A stretch of DNA of 16,000 nt, taken from Ostreibacterium oceani (GTDB taxonomy: Bacteria; Pseudomonadota; Gammaproteobacteria; Cardiobacteriales; Ostreibacteriaceae). The stretch spans positions 8,785 to 24,784 of the forward strand of contig NZ_WHNW01000015.1 of NCBI RefSeq assembly GCF_009362845.1. The letters run 5' to 3'. The number at the start of each line of letters is the position of its first letter. Position 1 is the stretch's first letter. A model generated the notes under the pieces. It saw only the letters and a list, made by a program, of their open reading frames with translations. It searched no databases and was not told the origin of the DNA. Shown piece by piece: positions 1 to 6,951 of this stretch. Both the position numbers and the translations under genes were made by a program.

Positions 1-603
1 CCCTGTGCGTATCGCATCTAGTAGCATTTCTGATACGTACTTCACCACGGGGGCTTCTTCTTCCTCACCCCCGCCCATCAATAGTTTAGAGAGCTCTTCT
101 AATTCTTTTTGTTTTTGCGCTTCGTCTTCGACTGCATCGTTAGCAAATAAATCATCAATATCCCCGCGACCCGCAAAGACATCTTCAATCATCTGCTCTA
201 ATTGCTCGACTCCGACAATCAGTGGCTCGGCTGCGCTGTAATTCGCCGAATATTTAAACGCATCTAAACCAATGCTATCAAACGGATCATAGGTCGCGAC
301 GAACAAGCGGCCAGAACGTTCAAAAACAGGCAGCATGGCGTATTTTCGCACCATTTTCTCATCGGCCTTTCTCATCAGCTCTTGTGATAATAGAATTTCG
401 CGCAAATCAACCACAGGATAATTACTATACTGATGATTCCAAGCCAGCAGCTCCGAAGACCCAATGATATTTTCAGCGATCAATTGTCGCGGAAAACTGG
501 TGCGCTTGCGCAAAGAACTCATTTGAATTTCTTGGATTTGCTCGGGGGTGGCTCGCTTTGCCTTGATAATCTGCGAAATAATTGCGTCGTACTGAGATTG
601 CAT
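1..603 (-). CDS. pilB: PilB/GspE-family secretion ATPase, N-terminal part (probably the type IV pilus assembly ATPase). The gene continues past the window start.
   Basis: This ORF is not in the supplied track because it runs off the edge. My reverse translation from the ATG at 603-601 gives MQSQYDAIISQIIKAKRATPEQIQEIQ...LPVFERSGRLFVATYDPFDSIGLDAFKYS...EEEEAPVVKYVSEMLLDAIRTG. This matches the T2SSE N-terminal domain followed by the acidic linker and the (D/E)APVVk(F/Y)Vn.iLldAi motif that precedes the ATPase core of PilB/GspE proteins. The plus-strand ORF 5..241 is its Ser-rich antisense shadow. Confidence 0.7.
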   Translation of the reverse strand, partial: MQSQYDAIISQIIKAKRATPEQIQEIQMSSLRKRTSFPRQLIAENIIGSSELLAWNHQYSNYPVVDLREILLSQELMRKADEKMVRKYAMLPVFERSGRLFVATYDPFDSIGLDAFKYSANYSAAEPLIVGVEQLEQMIEDVFAGRGDIDDLFANDAVEDEAQKQKELEELSKLLMGGGEEEEAPVVKYVSEMLLDAIRTG

Positions 604-667
604 GGTTACGCTACGTTGTCCTTAAAATATAAACATTGAGAGAGATAATAACCTTTATTATACGCAT

Positions 668-1261
668 TTACGTCAAACTTAGGAAATTATTCAGCATTTG
701 ATGGCCTGACTCGGTCATAATTGATTCGGGATGAAATTGTACGCCATAAATCGGCTTGCTTTTGTGACAAAAGCTCATCACCTCTTCTAACTCACCGTGT
801 TCGTCTAGCACATATCCTGTAACATCCAAGCACGCTGGCATCGATTGAGGCGCCACTACCAGCGAATGATAACGTGTCACACAAACAGGGGATTCAATCC
901 CTTGGTAAAGCCCATCGCCGTTATGATAAACCTGCGAGACCTTACCATGCATAATATGCTTTGCATGCACAATATCGCCGCCAAACGCCTGCGCAATCGT
1001 TTGATGCCCTAGACATACACCCAATATTGGATACTCATCCGACAATTGTTGCACAATGGACAAACAAACACCTGCCTCATTTGGCGTGCGAGGCCCCGGG
1101 GAAAGCACTATCCAGCGCGGATCTAATGATCGAATTGCTTCAACCGTAATCTGATCATTTCGTGCAACAACGACTTCGCAGCCCAGTTCAGAAAAATACT
1201 GAACCAAGTTATACACGAATGAGTCGTAGTTATCTATCATTAATAACTTTGGTTGTGCCAT
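668..1261 (-). CDS. Glutamine amidotransferase component II of anthranilate / aminodeoxychorismate synthase (TrpG/PabA family)
   Basis: 197 aa. It has the N-terminal MIDNYDSFVYNLVQY motif, the catalytic-Cys motif PILGVCLGHQ, and the C-terminal GVQFHPES triad motif. It is not adjacent to trpD/trpC, so TrpG and PabA cannot be told apart from sequence alone. Confidence 0.9.
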   Translation of the reverse strand: MAQPKLLMIDNYDSFVYNLVQYFSELGCEVVVARNDQITVEAIRSLDPRWIVLSPGPRTPNEAGVCLSIVQQLSDEYPILGVCLGHQTIAQAFGGDIVHAKHIMHGKVSQVYHNGDGLYQGIESPVCVTRYHSLVVAPQSMPACLDVTGYVLDEHGELEEVMSFCHKSKPIYGVQFHPESIMTESGHQMLNNFLSLT

Positions 1262-1368
1262 TTTATCGATAATCGTTAAATAATAAAAGAAATTATAACA
1301 AAACAGGTGATTTCTGCTGATTTTTTTTGCATCATATACATTAATAATTCGTAATTAACATAAAAAAC

Positions 1369-2661
1369 ATGAAAACATGCCGTCCATTTATCGACTATTT
1401 TAGACAAGCTGCACCCTATATTCACCAGCATCGGAACAAAACCTTTGTGTTTTGCTTGCAAGATGATGGTGCGTTAGATCAGTTTTTGCAGCCTATTTTG
1501 CATGACATCGCTATCTTGCATTCTTTGCGAATTCGTGTCGTCATTGTTTTTGGCGCAAGGCATCGTATTAATACTGAGCTAAACCACGGTGTTTTTCATA
1601 ATAACTGTCGCATTACTTCGCCCGAAGCGATGCGAAAAATCCAAGAAATCATCGGTGCGCGCCAAATTCAGATTAGCGCAACGCTGTCGATGGGACTGGC
1701 AAACTCGCCGATGCAAGGCGCGTCCATCCAGACAAGCACTGGCAACTTTGTCATCGCCAAACCAATCGGCATTGTTGATGGCGTTGATTTTGGCTTAACG
1801 GGGACCATTCGCAAAATACGGGAGACGCCGATCACACAAAAATTAGACCAAGGTGAAATCGTCATTATTCCACCTATCGGCTACTCGACAACCGGTGAAG
1901 TTTTTAACTTGACCACAGAGATGGTTGCCAGCGCGGTCTCTGAAACCCTAAATGCCGACAAACTACTCTTTTTTAATGACAGTTACAAAACGCTACTGCC
2001 GCAAATCAATCACCAACATGCCATTACGCCGCACGTTGCCAAGCAACTTACACCCCCCGATCAAACGCTAGCCGAAATCATTCACGCCGCCGTCAGCGCC
2101 TGCGAAAAAACCGTCAATCGCGCACATATCATCCCAAAAGACATCGATGGCGCTATTTTGGCAGAGCTTTTTACTCGTGACGGCGCAGGACTGATGATTA
2201 CTAACGATGCCTACGACCGCATTGAACAAGCAACCATTCATGATATTTCGAGTTTACTCGCGCTTATCCAACCGCTAGAGGAGCAAGGCATTCTCGTCAG
2301 ACGCTCACGTGAATTATTAGAAACGGAGCTAAGCACCTTTAGCCTACTCAAACGCGATAACTCGGTCATTGGCTGCGCCTCGCTAAAGCCTTTTCCTGAG
2401 GAAAATGTCGCCGAGCTAGGCTGCCTTGCCATTAGCCCCGACTATCAAAAACAAGGACTTGCGGACAAGCTACTAACCCATATTGAAAAAAAAGCCAAAG
2501 ACCAGCGTTTTTCTCACCTGTTTTGCCTAACGACCCATACCTCGCATTGGTTTTTGGAGCGCGGCTTTGAGCCTACTGAGTTATCAGCACTGCCTGCACA
2601 AAAAAAGGCTTTTTACAATTATAGTCGGCAATCAAAGCCTTATATTAAAGCCCTGAATTAA
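1369..2661 (+). CDS. argA: Amino-acid N-acetyltransferase (N-acetylglutamate synthase)
   Basis: 430 aa. The N-terminus FIDYFRQAAPYIHQHRNKTFVF resembles the ArgA/ArgB kinase-fold start. A C-terminal GNAT domain (..LGCLAISPDYQKQGLADKLL..) gives the two-domain ArgA architecture. It is transcribed divergently from the amidotransferase gene across an AT-rich 107-bp spacer. Confidence 0.88.
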   Translation: MKTCRPFIDYFRQAAPYIHQHRNKTFVFCLQDDGALDQFLQPILHDIAILHSLRIRVVIVFGARHRINTELNHGVFHNNCRITSPEAMRKIQEIIGARQIQISATLSMGLANSPMQGASIQTSTGNFVIAKPIGIVDGVDFGLTGTIRKIRETPITQKLDQGEIVIIPPIGYSTTGEVFNLTTEMVASAVSETLNADKLLFFNDSYKTLLPQINHQHAITPHVAKQLTPPDQTLAEIIHAAVSACEKTVNRAHIIPKDIDGAILAELFTRDGAGLMITNDAYDRIEQATIHDISSLLALIQPLEEQGILVRRSRELLETELSTFSLLKRDNSVIGCASLKPFPEENVAELGCLAISPDYQKQGLADKLLTHIEKKAKDQRFSHLFCLTTHTSHWFLERGFEPTELSALPAQKKAFYNYSRQSKPYIKALN

Positions 2662-2748
2662 CGCGCAGCATTAAGGCGCTAACTTAGCCTTAGCTTAACC
2701 TTAACTTAGGGCTAAGCTAGATTACTATAATCAATTCAATAAATTGAG

Positions 2749-4266
2749 TTAATTAAATTTTTCAGGTCGCATGTAGGGGAATAATAACACATCACGAATT
2801 GACGCGGCATCGGTTAATAGCATCACGAGACGGTCAATACCAATACCCTCGCCCGCGGTTGGCGGCATCCCGTATTCCAACGCCCTGATATAATCGTGAT
2901 CAAACTGCATGGCTTCATCATCACCTGCGGCTTTGGCTTGGACTTGTTCGGCAAACCGTGCAGCCTGATCCTCGGCATCGTTTAACTCAGAAAACCCATT
3001 GGCAATTTCTCGGCCCGCGATAAATAACTCAAACCGATCGGTCACCGAAGGATTGTCATCATTCCGCCGTGAAAGCGGTGATACTTCATCGGGGTAGTCT
3101 AAAATATACGTGGGCTGAATGAGCAAATGCTCGACCGTTTCTTCGAATAAAAACGTTTGCAGTTTAGCTAGGCTTTGATTGGCAGGCATAGAAACGCCCA
3201 ACTTTTTACCCAACGACTCAATGGCGTCAACACTAGATACATCTGCCGCGACGACCCCATCATGATATTGACAAATGGCATCACACATTGTCAGACGAGC
3301 AAATGGCTGACCAAAGTCAATGATTTGCCCTTGGTAAGTTACCTGCAACTGGCCATTTACCGCCAATACGACTTCTCGCAACAGCGTCTCAGTCAACGCC
3401 ATCAAATCCTGGTAATCGGCATAGGCTTGATAAAACTCTAACATGGTAAATTCGGGGTTGTGTCGCGTTGACACCCCTTCATTTCTAAAGTTACGATTGA
3501 TTTCAAAGACCCGCTCAAACCCACCAACCACTAAGCGTTTTAAATAAAGCTCAGGGGCTACACGCAAAAATAAATCAATATCTAGCGCATTATGGTGCGT
3601 CGTAAAGGGTTTTGCCGTCGCGCCACCCATAATCGTATGCATCATCGGCGTTTCGACCTCTAGATAGCCCTGCGATTCAAAAAACTGGCGAATTAGACTG
3701 ACGACTTTGGAGCGCGTACGAAAAATATCCCGCGACTGCCCGTTCATAATCAAATCCACATAGCGCATACGGTAACGCTGCTCTTGATCGGATAGTCCAT
3801 GGAATTTTTCAGGCAATGGCCGCAGTGATTTGGTCAGTAACTGAATATCACTTACCTGAATCGTAAGCTCACCTGTTCGCGTTGTAAATAGGGTGCCTTT
3901 GGCACCAACAATATCGCCAACATCCCAGGTTTTAAAGTCTGTATATTCGCCTTCTGGCAACGCATCTCGCTGGACATAGCATTGTATGCGCCCTGTTGCG
4001 TCTTGAATTTGGATAAAACTGGCTTTGCCCATGATGCGTTTTGCCATGACGCGACCTGCCACGGCAACATTTGCCGCTGCTTGCGTTGATTCATCAGCGC
4101 CCGCAAAAGTTTCATGCAAATTCGCCGCATGGTGTGTGGGTTTAAACTGATTCGGAAACGCAATCCCTTTCTCACGAAGGGCCGCGAGTTTTTTGCGGCG
4201 CTCAGCGATTAATTGATTTTCTGTTTTTTCTTGGGGTTCTGTTTGTCCGGGGTTATTATCAGTCAT
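2749..4266 (-). CDS. lysS: Lysine--tRNA ligase (class II)
   Basis: 505 aa, a full-length LysRS-like sequence (..[17 protein letters not shown].., [27 protein letters not shown]). Its ATG overlaps the prfB stop as TAATG at 4264-4268, giving the classical prfB-lysS gene order. Confidence 0.95.
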   Translation of the reverse strand: MTDNNPGQTEPQEKTENQLIAERRKKLAALREKGIAFPNQFKPTHHAANLHETFAGADESTQAAANVAVAGRVMAKRIMGKASFIQIQDATGRIQCYVQRDALPEGEYTDFKTWDVGDIVGAKGTLFTTRTGELTIQVSDIQLLTKSLRPLPEKFHGLSDQEQRYRMRYVDLIMNGQSRDIFRTRSKVVSLIRQFFESQGYLEVETPMMHTIMGGATAKPFTTHHNALDIDLFLRVAPELYLKRLVVGGFERVFEINRNFRNEGVSTRHNPEFTMLEFYQAYADYQDLMALTETLLREVVLAVNGQLQVTYQGQIIDFGQPFARLTMCDAICQYHDGVVAADVSSVDAIESLGKKLGVSMPANQSLAKLQTFLFEETVEHLLIQPTYILDYPDEVSPLSRRNDDNPSVTDRFELFIAGREIANGFSELNDAEDQAARFAEQVQAKAAGDDEAMQFDHDYIRALEYGMPPTAGEGIGIDRLVMLLTDAASIRDVLLFPYMRPEKFN

Positions 4267-5360
4267 TACACACCTTGTTTTAAACTTGCTTCGATAAATG
4301 GATCCAAATCGCCGTCTAATACGGCCTGTGTATTGCCCGTCTCTACCTGTGTCCGTAAATCCTTAATACGACCAGAGTCCAAGACATAAGAACGAATTTG
4401 GCTGCCCCAACCAATATCCGACTTGGTTGCCTCGAGGGCCTGTGATTCTGCTTGGCGCTTGAGCATTTCCAGCTCATACAATTTTGCCTTTAGTTGCTTC
4501 ATCGCCGTGTCTTTATTTTGATGCTGCGAACGGCCGTTTTGACACTGTACGACGGTATTGGTCGGCAAGTGCGTGATACGAACGGCTGATTCGGTTTTAT
4601 TCACGTGTTGTCCGCCAGCACCTGAGGCACGATACACATCAACGCGCAAATCGGATGGGTCAATTTCAATTTCAAAACTGTCATCGATTTCTGGCGATAC
4701 AAATACCGATGCAAACGATGTATGTCGGCGCGCACCCGAATCAAACGGCGATTTTCGCACCAACCGATGCACGCCTGTCTCGGTTCGTAGCCAGCCATAG
4801 GCATATTCACCTTGGACATGAATGGTCGCCGATTTGATACCAGCGACTTCACCGACGGACTCTTCGATAACCTCTACTTGAAATCCTTTTTGCTCTGCCC
4901 AACGCAAGTACATTCGCAGTATCATACTAGCCCAATCTTGGGCCTCTGTGCCACCCGAACCCGACTGGATGTCAAGGTAAGCATTATTGGCATCGGCTTT
5001 GCCTGAGAACATACGGCGAAATTCTAGCTGTGCCAATTGCTTTAGCGCGGTGTCAATATCAGCGGTAATGTCATCAACCGTGTCTGTGTCTGCTTCTTCC
5101 TGTGCAATTTCTAACATGCCTTCTGAATCAAGCAGCGTGGTACGAATCGTATCTAGCGTGTTGATGTTTTTTTCTAGTGCGGTTTTTTCTTGGTTTAACT
5201 GCGCTGCGGTGTCGGGATTGTCCCAGACCGCAGGCTCAGATAGCTCACGCAGGACTTCTTCGAGGCGTTCAACCATCGCTTCATACGCCATGTAGTCACG
5301 CATGGCCAATTCGCGGGCACAGCCGTCTTTAATTTGCTCGAATAAGTGCGCTAACTCCAT
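4266..5360 (-). CDS. prfB: Peptide chain release factor 2
   Basis: It carries the SPF tripeptide (VRKSPFDS) and the GGQ motif ([13 protein letters not shown]). I place the start at the ATG at 5360 ([13 protein letters not shown]..), which gives 364 aa, the usual RF2 length. The 53-aa extension in the ORF track (to 5519, GTG start) has no RF2 similarity and overlaps the predicted promoter. Confidence 0.93.
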   Translation of the reverse strand: MELAHLFEQIKDGCARELAMRDYMAYEAMVERLEEVLRELSEPAVWDNPDTAAQLNQEKTALEKNINTLDTIRTTLLDSEGMLEIAQEEADTDTVDDITADIDTALKQLAQLEFRRMFSGKADANNAYLDIQSGSGGTEAQDWASMILRMYLRWAEQKGFQVEVIEESVGEVAGIKSATIHVQGEYAYGWLRTETGVHRLVRKSPFDSGARRHTSFASVFVSPEIDDSFEIEIDPSDLRVDVYRASGAGGQHVNKTESAVRITHLPTNTVVQCQNGRSQHQNKDTAMKQLKAKLYELEMLKRQAESQALEATKSDIGWGSQIRSYVLDSGRIKDLRTQVETGNTQAVLDGDLDPFIEASLKQGV

Positions 5361-5402
5361 AACTGACTGATGATTGCATCGTGAAAATTCAAAAGGACGT
5401 GC

Positions 5403-5431
5403 ATTGTAGCAAACTTTCGCAAAAGGTTGAA
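5403..5431 (-). promoter_or_regulatory. Putative sigma70 promoter of prfB-lysS
   Basis: On the minus strand it reads TTCAAC (5431-5426), a 17-nt spacer, then TACAAT (5408-5403). It lies ~43 nt upstream of the ATG at 5360. This is a consensus match by eye only. Confidence 0.35.
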
Positions 5432-5524
5432 CGTTTATTGTGCATCTGTCAGCCCAAAGGGTTAATGTCCGCTTTATTCCCAAGCAGAAATGTCCGCTTT
5501 TGGGTATTGAAAATGACACAGAGG

Positions 5525-5550
5525 AACCTTATGAGTGTTCCTTATGAGTG
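5525..5550. repeat. Tandem 13-bp duplication (aaCCTTATGAGTG / ttCCTTATGAGTG)
   Basis: Two adjacent copies share 11/13 bases. They lie 9 nt from the stop of the Rhs fragment, at the prfB-proximal edge of the island. Confidence 0.8.
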
Positions 5551-5558
5551 ACAAAGAA

Positions 5559-6206
5559 TTAAGTCGTATATCCGTAATTGCGTGGTGTCCCTAAGTGGTC
5601 GTTTTGGTAATAGCTGTAGCTTAAGCTATCCCCCGCTTTGTCGATTTTGACCAATGGATTGGTGGTGTAGGGGCTGTTTGGCTCGTACAAATAGCCCTGA
5701 ATAAACTCACCCCGCTCGTCAAACTCAGCCGTCAGTCCGTTGTGCGTGTAGAAGTAATACGTGGTCTGGCTATCGTTGCTTTTTTGCACGGTTTTCTTAA
5801 CACGGCGGTTTTCTAAGTCATAAGTATTTTGCTGGACGAATTGTTGCCCTTCTTGCCCACCGCGAGTAACGCTCACCAGGCGCTGACGCACGTCATACGC
5901 ATAATCGGTGGTGAGATTGCTGGCGGTCTCGACCAACTGGCTGGTATTGCCGTTGGTGTCGTATTGGAAATTGTTAAGCGGTGTGTTAATCAGCTGATCA
6001 CGCGCGTTGTATTGCCACTGCCCCGTCCCCGCTAACAAATCACTCAAGCGATTACCCACCTTGTCATACGAATACGTCTCGTTATCCAAAGTCGGATGAT
6101 TGGCTTGAATCAAGCGATACGCCGCATCATAGCTATAATCATACACGCCATGCTCGGTGGTTTTTTTGAGGATATTCCCCACCTTGTCATGATAGGCTCT
6201 ACTCGG
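5559..6206 (-). pseudogene. Orphan Rhs/YD-repeat fragment, truncated at both the 5' and 3' ends
   Basis: The translation carries successive YD repeats (YHDKVGN, YDYSYDAAYRL, YSYDKVGNRL, FQYDTNGN, YAYDVRQRL, YDLENRRV). It ends with ..YSYYQNDHLGTPR, the opening motif of the Rhs-associated core, then NYGYTT-stop. It has no N-terminal domain, the first ~25 codons of track ORF 5559..6287 are non-homologous read-in, and it lacks the rest of the core and any C-terminal domain. Confidence 0.85.
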
Positions 6207-6576
6207 AATCTGACCCACTATTCGTACTATCTGTGCCACCGTAGTCATTATTTCCATATGAAAGCGCCGAACTTGGCTCAGCACCATTTAAATAATTCAA
6301 CTTTACATCAAGATAAATTTCATCATAGTTGGCTTGTTGCACCTCCTCTTCGAAGTATTTCTTTATCTCCACTTCATCGCCAAAGCAAACCAATGCATGA
6401 TATTTAGCCAAATAAGATAATTTGCATGCATCAATTGTTTTAGTGATTTGGGCATAAGTGTAGGATGATTGACGACCATAACGACGCACCAGATGATAAG
6501 AAAGTTTGCGAATACAGGTCTTAATAAGTTTTTTATTATAACACCTACGTAACCAGCTAAACATATCAAACCTCAT
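6199..6576 (-). CDS. Small hypothetical protein with a basic N-terminal half and an acidic Gly/Ser/Asp-rich tail. Candidate immunity or accessory gene of the Rhs module.
   Basis: The ATG at 6576 is 4 nt after the stop of the preceding ORF (the track uses TTG at 6579). The sequence is MRFDMFSWLRRCYNKKLIKTCIRKLSYHLVRRYGRQSSYTYAQI...NNDYGGTDSTNSGSDSE. The DNA is AT-rich. I recognise no enzymatic motif, signal peptide or TM segment. Confidence 0.55.
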   Translation of the reverse strand: MRFDMFSWLRRCYNKKLIKTCIRKLSYHLVRRYGRQSSYTYAQITKTIDACKLSYLAKYHALVCFGDEVEIKKYFEEEVQQANYDEIYLDVKLNYLNGAEPSSALSYGNNDYGGTDSTNSGSDSE

Positions 6577-6579
6577 CAA

Positions 6580-6939
6580 CTAATTAGCGAAATGATTAAC
6601 GAAATGTAACTCGGCATAATCGTTATCGACATCCAACTCATAAGTCACCTCATAATTAATCTCTTTTTCTGATAAATTTTGAGAATGGACGAAAAGCAGC
6701 ATTGAGGCAGTATAACCAACTACAGCATTACCAGGAATAACAGTAAACATACTTTTAAACATCATTTTTTTATAATCAGTATGAGACCTCATTAATGGAA
6801 AGATATGTTTGCATAATTTTAGGATATACTGCCGTTGATTGAAAACCACAGTGACCGAATCTCCCGCTAAAAGGCATCGAAATATATGACGAATCGGTTC
6901 TATTGATTTCCAAGTCATTTGATATGTGATTTTTTCCAT
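6580..6939 (-). CDS. Hypothetical 119-aa protein in the canonical immunity-gene position, immediately downstream of the Rhs C-terminal domain
   Basis: The ATG lies 12 nt after the stop of the chimeric Rhs-CT ORF. The DNA is very AT-rich (spot counts 25-35% G+C). There is one moderately hydrophobic stretch (MFTVIPGNAVVGYTASMLLFV). I recognise no family. Confidence 0.55.
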   Translation of the reverse strand: MEKITYQMTWKSIEPIRHIFRCLLAGDSVTVVFNQRQYILKLCKHIFPLMRSHTDYKKMMFKSMFTVIPGNAVVGYTASMLLFVHSQNLSEKEINYEVTYELDVDNDYAELHFVNHFAN

Positions 6940-6951
6940 AACGATAATAAA

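Noticed and set aside
5-241. A 78-aa plus-strand ORF, Ser-rich and low-complexity
   Set aside because: It is antisense to the well-supported pilB/gspE-family N-terminal coding frame (1..603, minus strand). Its composition is the mirror of the acidic/Lys-rich linker on the other strand.
1262-1368. Possible ARG box (ArgR operator) in the divergent trpG-pabA/argA spacer, for example around CATTAATAATTCG
   Set aside because: It matches only one half-site of the TGAAT-N4-ATTCA consensus. The region is generically AT-rich, so a chance match is likely.
2671-2719. Possible bidirectional terminator between the convergent argA and lysS genes: TAAGGC-N9-GCCTTA and TAGCTTA-N15-TAAGCTA within a run of TTAG/CTAA-type short repeats
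   Set aside because: The stems are short, AT-rich and imperfect, with large loops and no clear U-tract. I cannot support a terminator call without a folding-energy calculation.
3852-4175. Alternative-frame and antisense ORFs inside lysS, prfB, sdaA, argA and the ABC genes (for example 3852..4175, 4601..4852, 4987..5295, 9736..10017, 13664..13918)
   Set aside because: All are nested within strongly supported housekeeping CDSs and show no recognisable motifs. They are typical shadow ORFs.
5361-5519. A 53-aa N-terminal extension of prfB in the ORF track (GTG start at 5519)
   Set aside because: It has no RF2 similarity. RF2 homology and the expected length both begin at the ATG at 5360, and the extension would run through the predicted promoter and the direct repeats.
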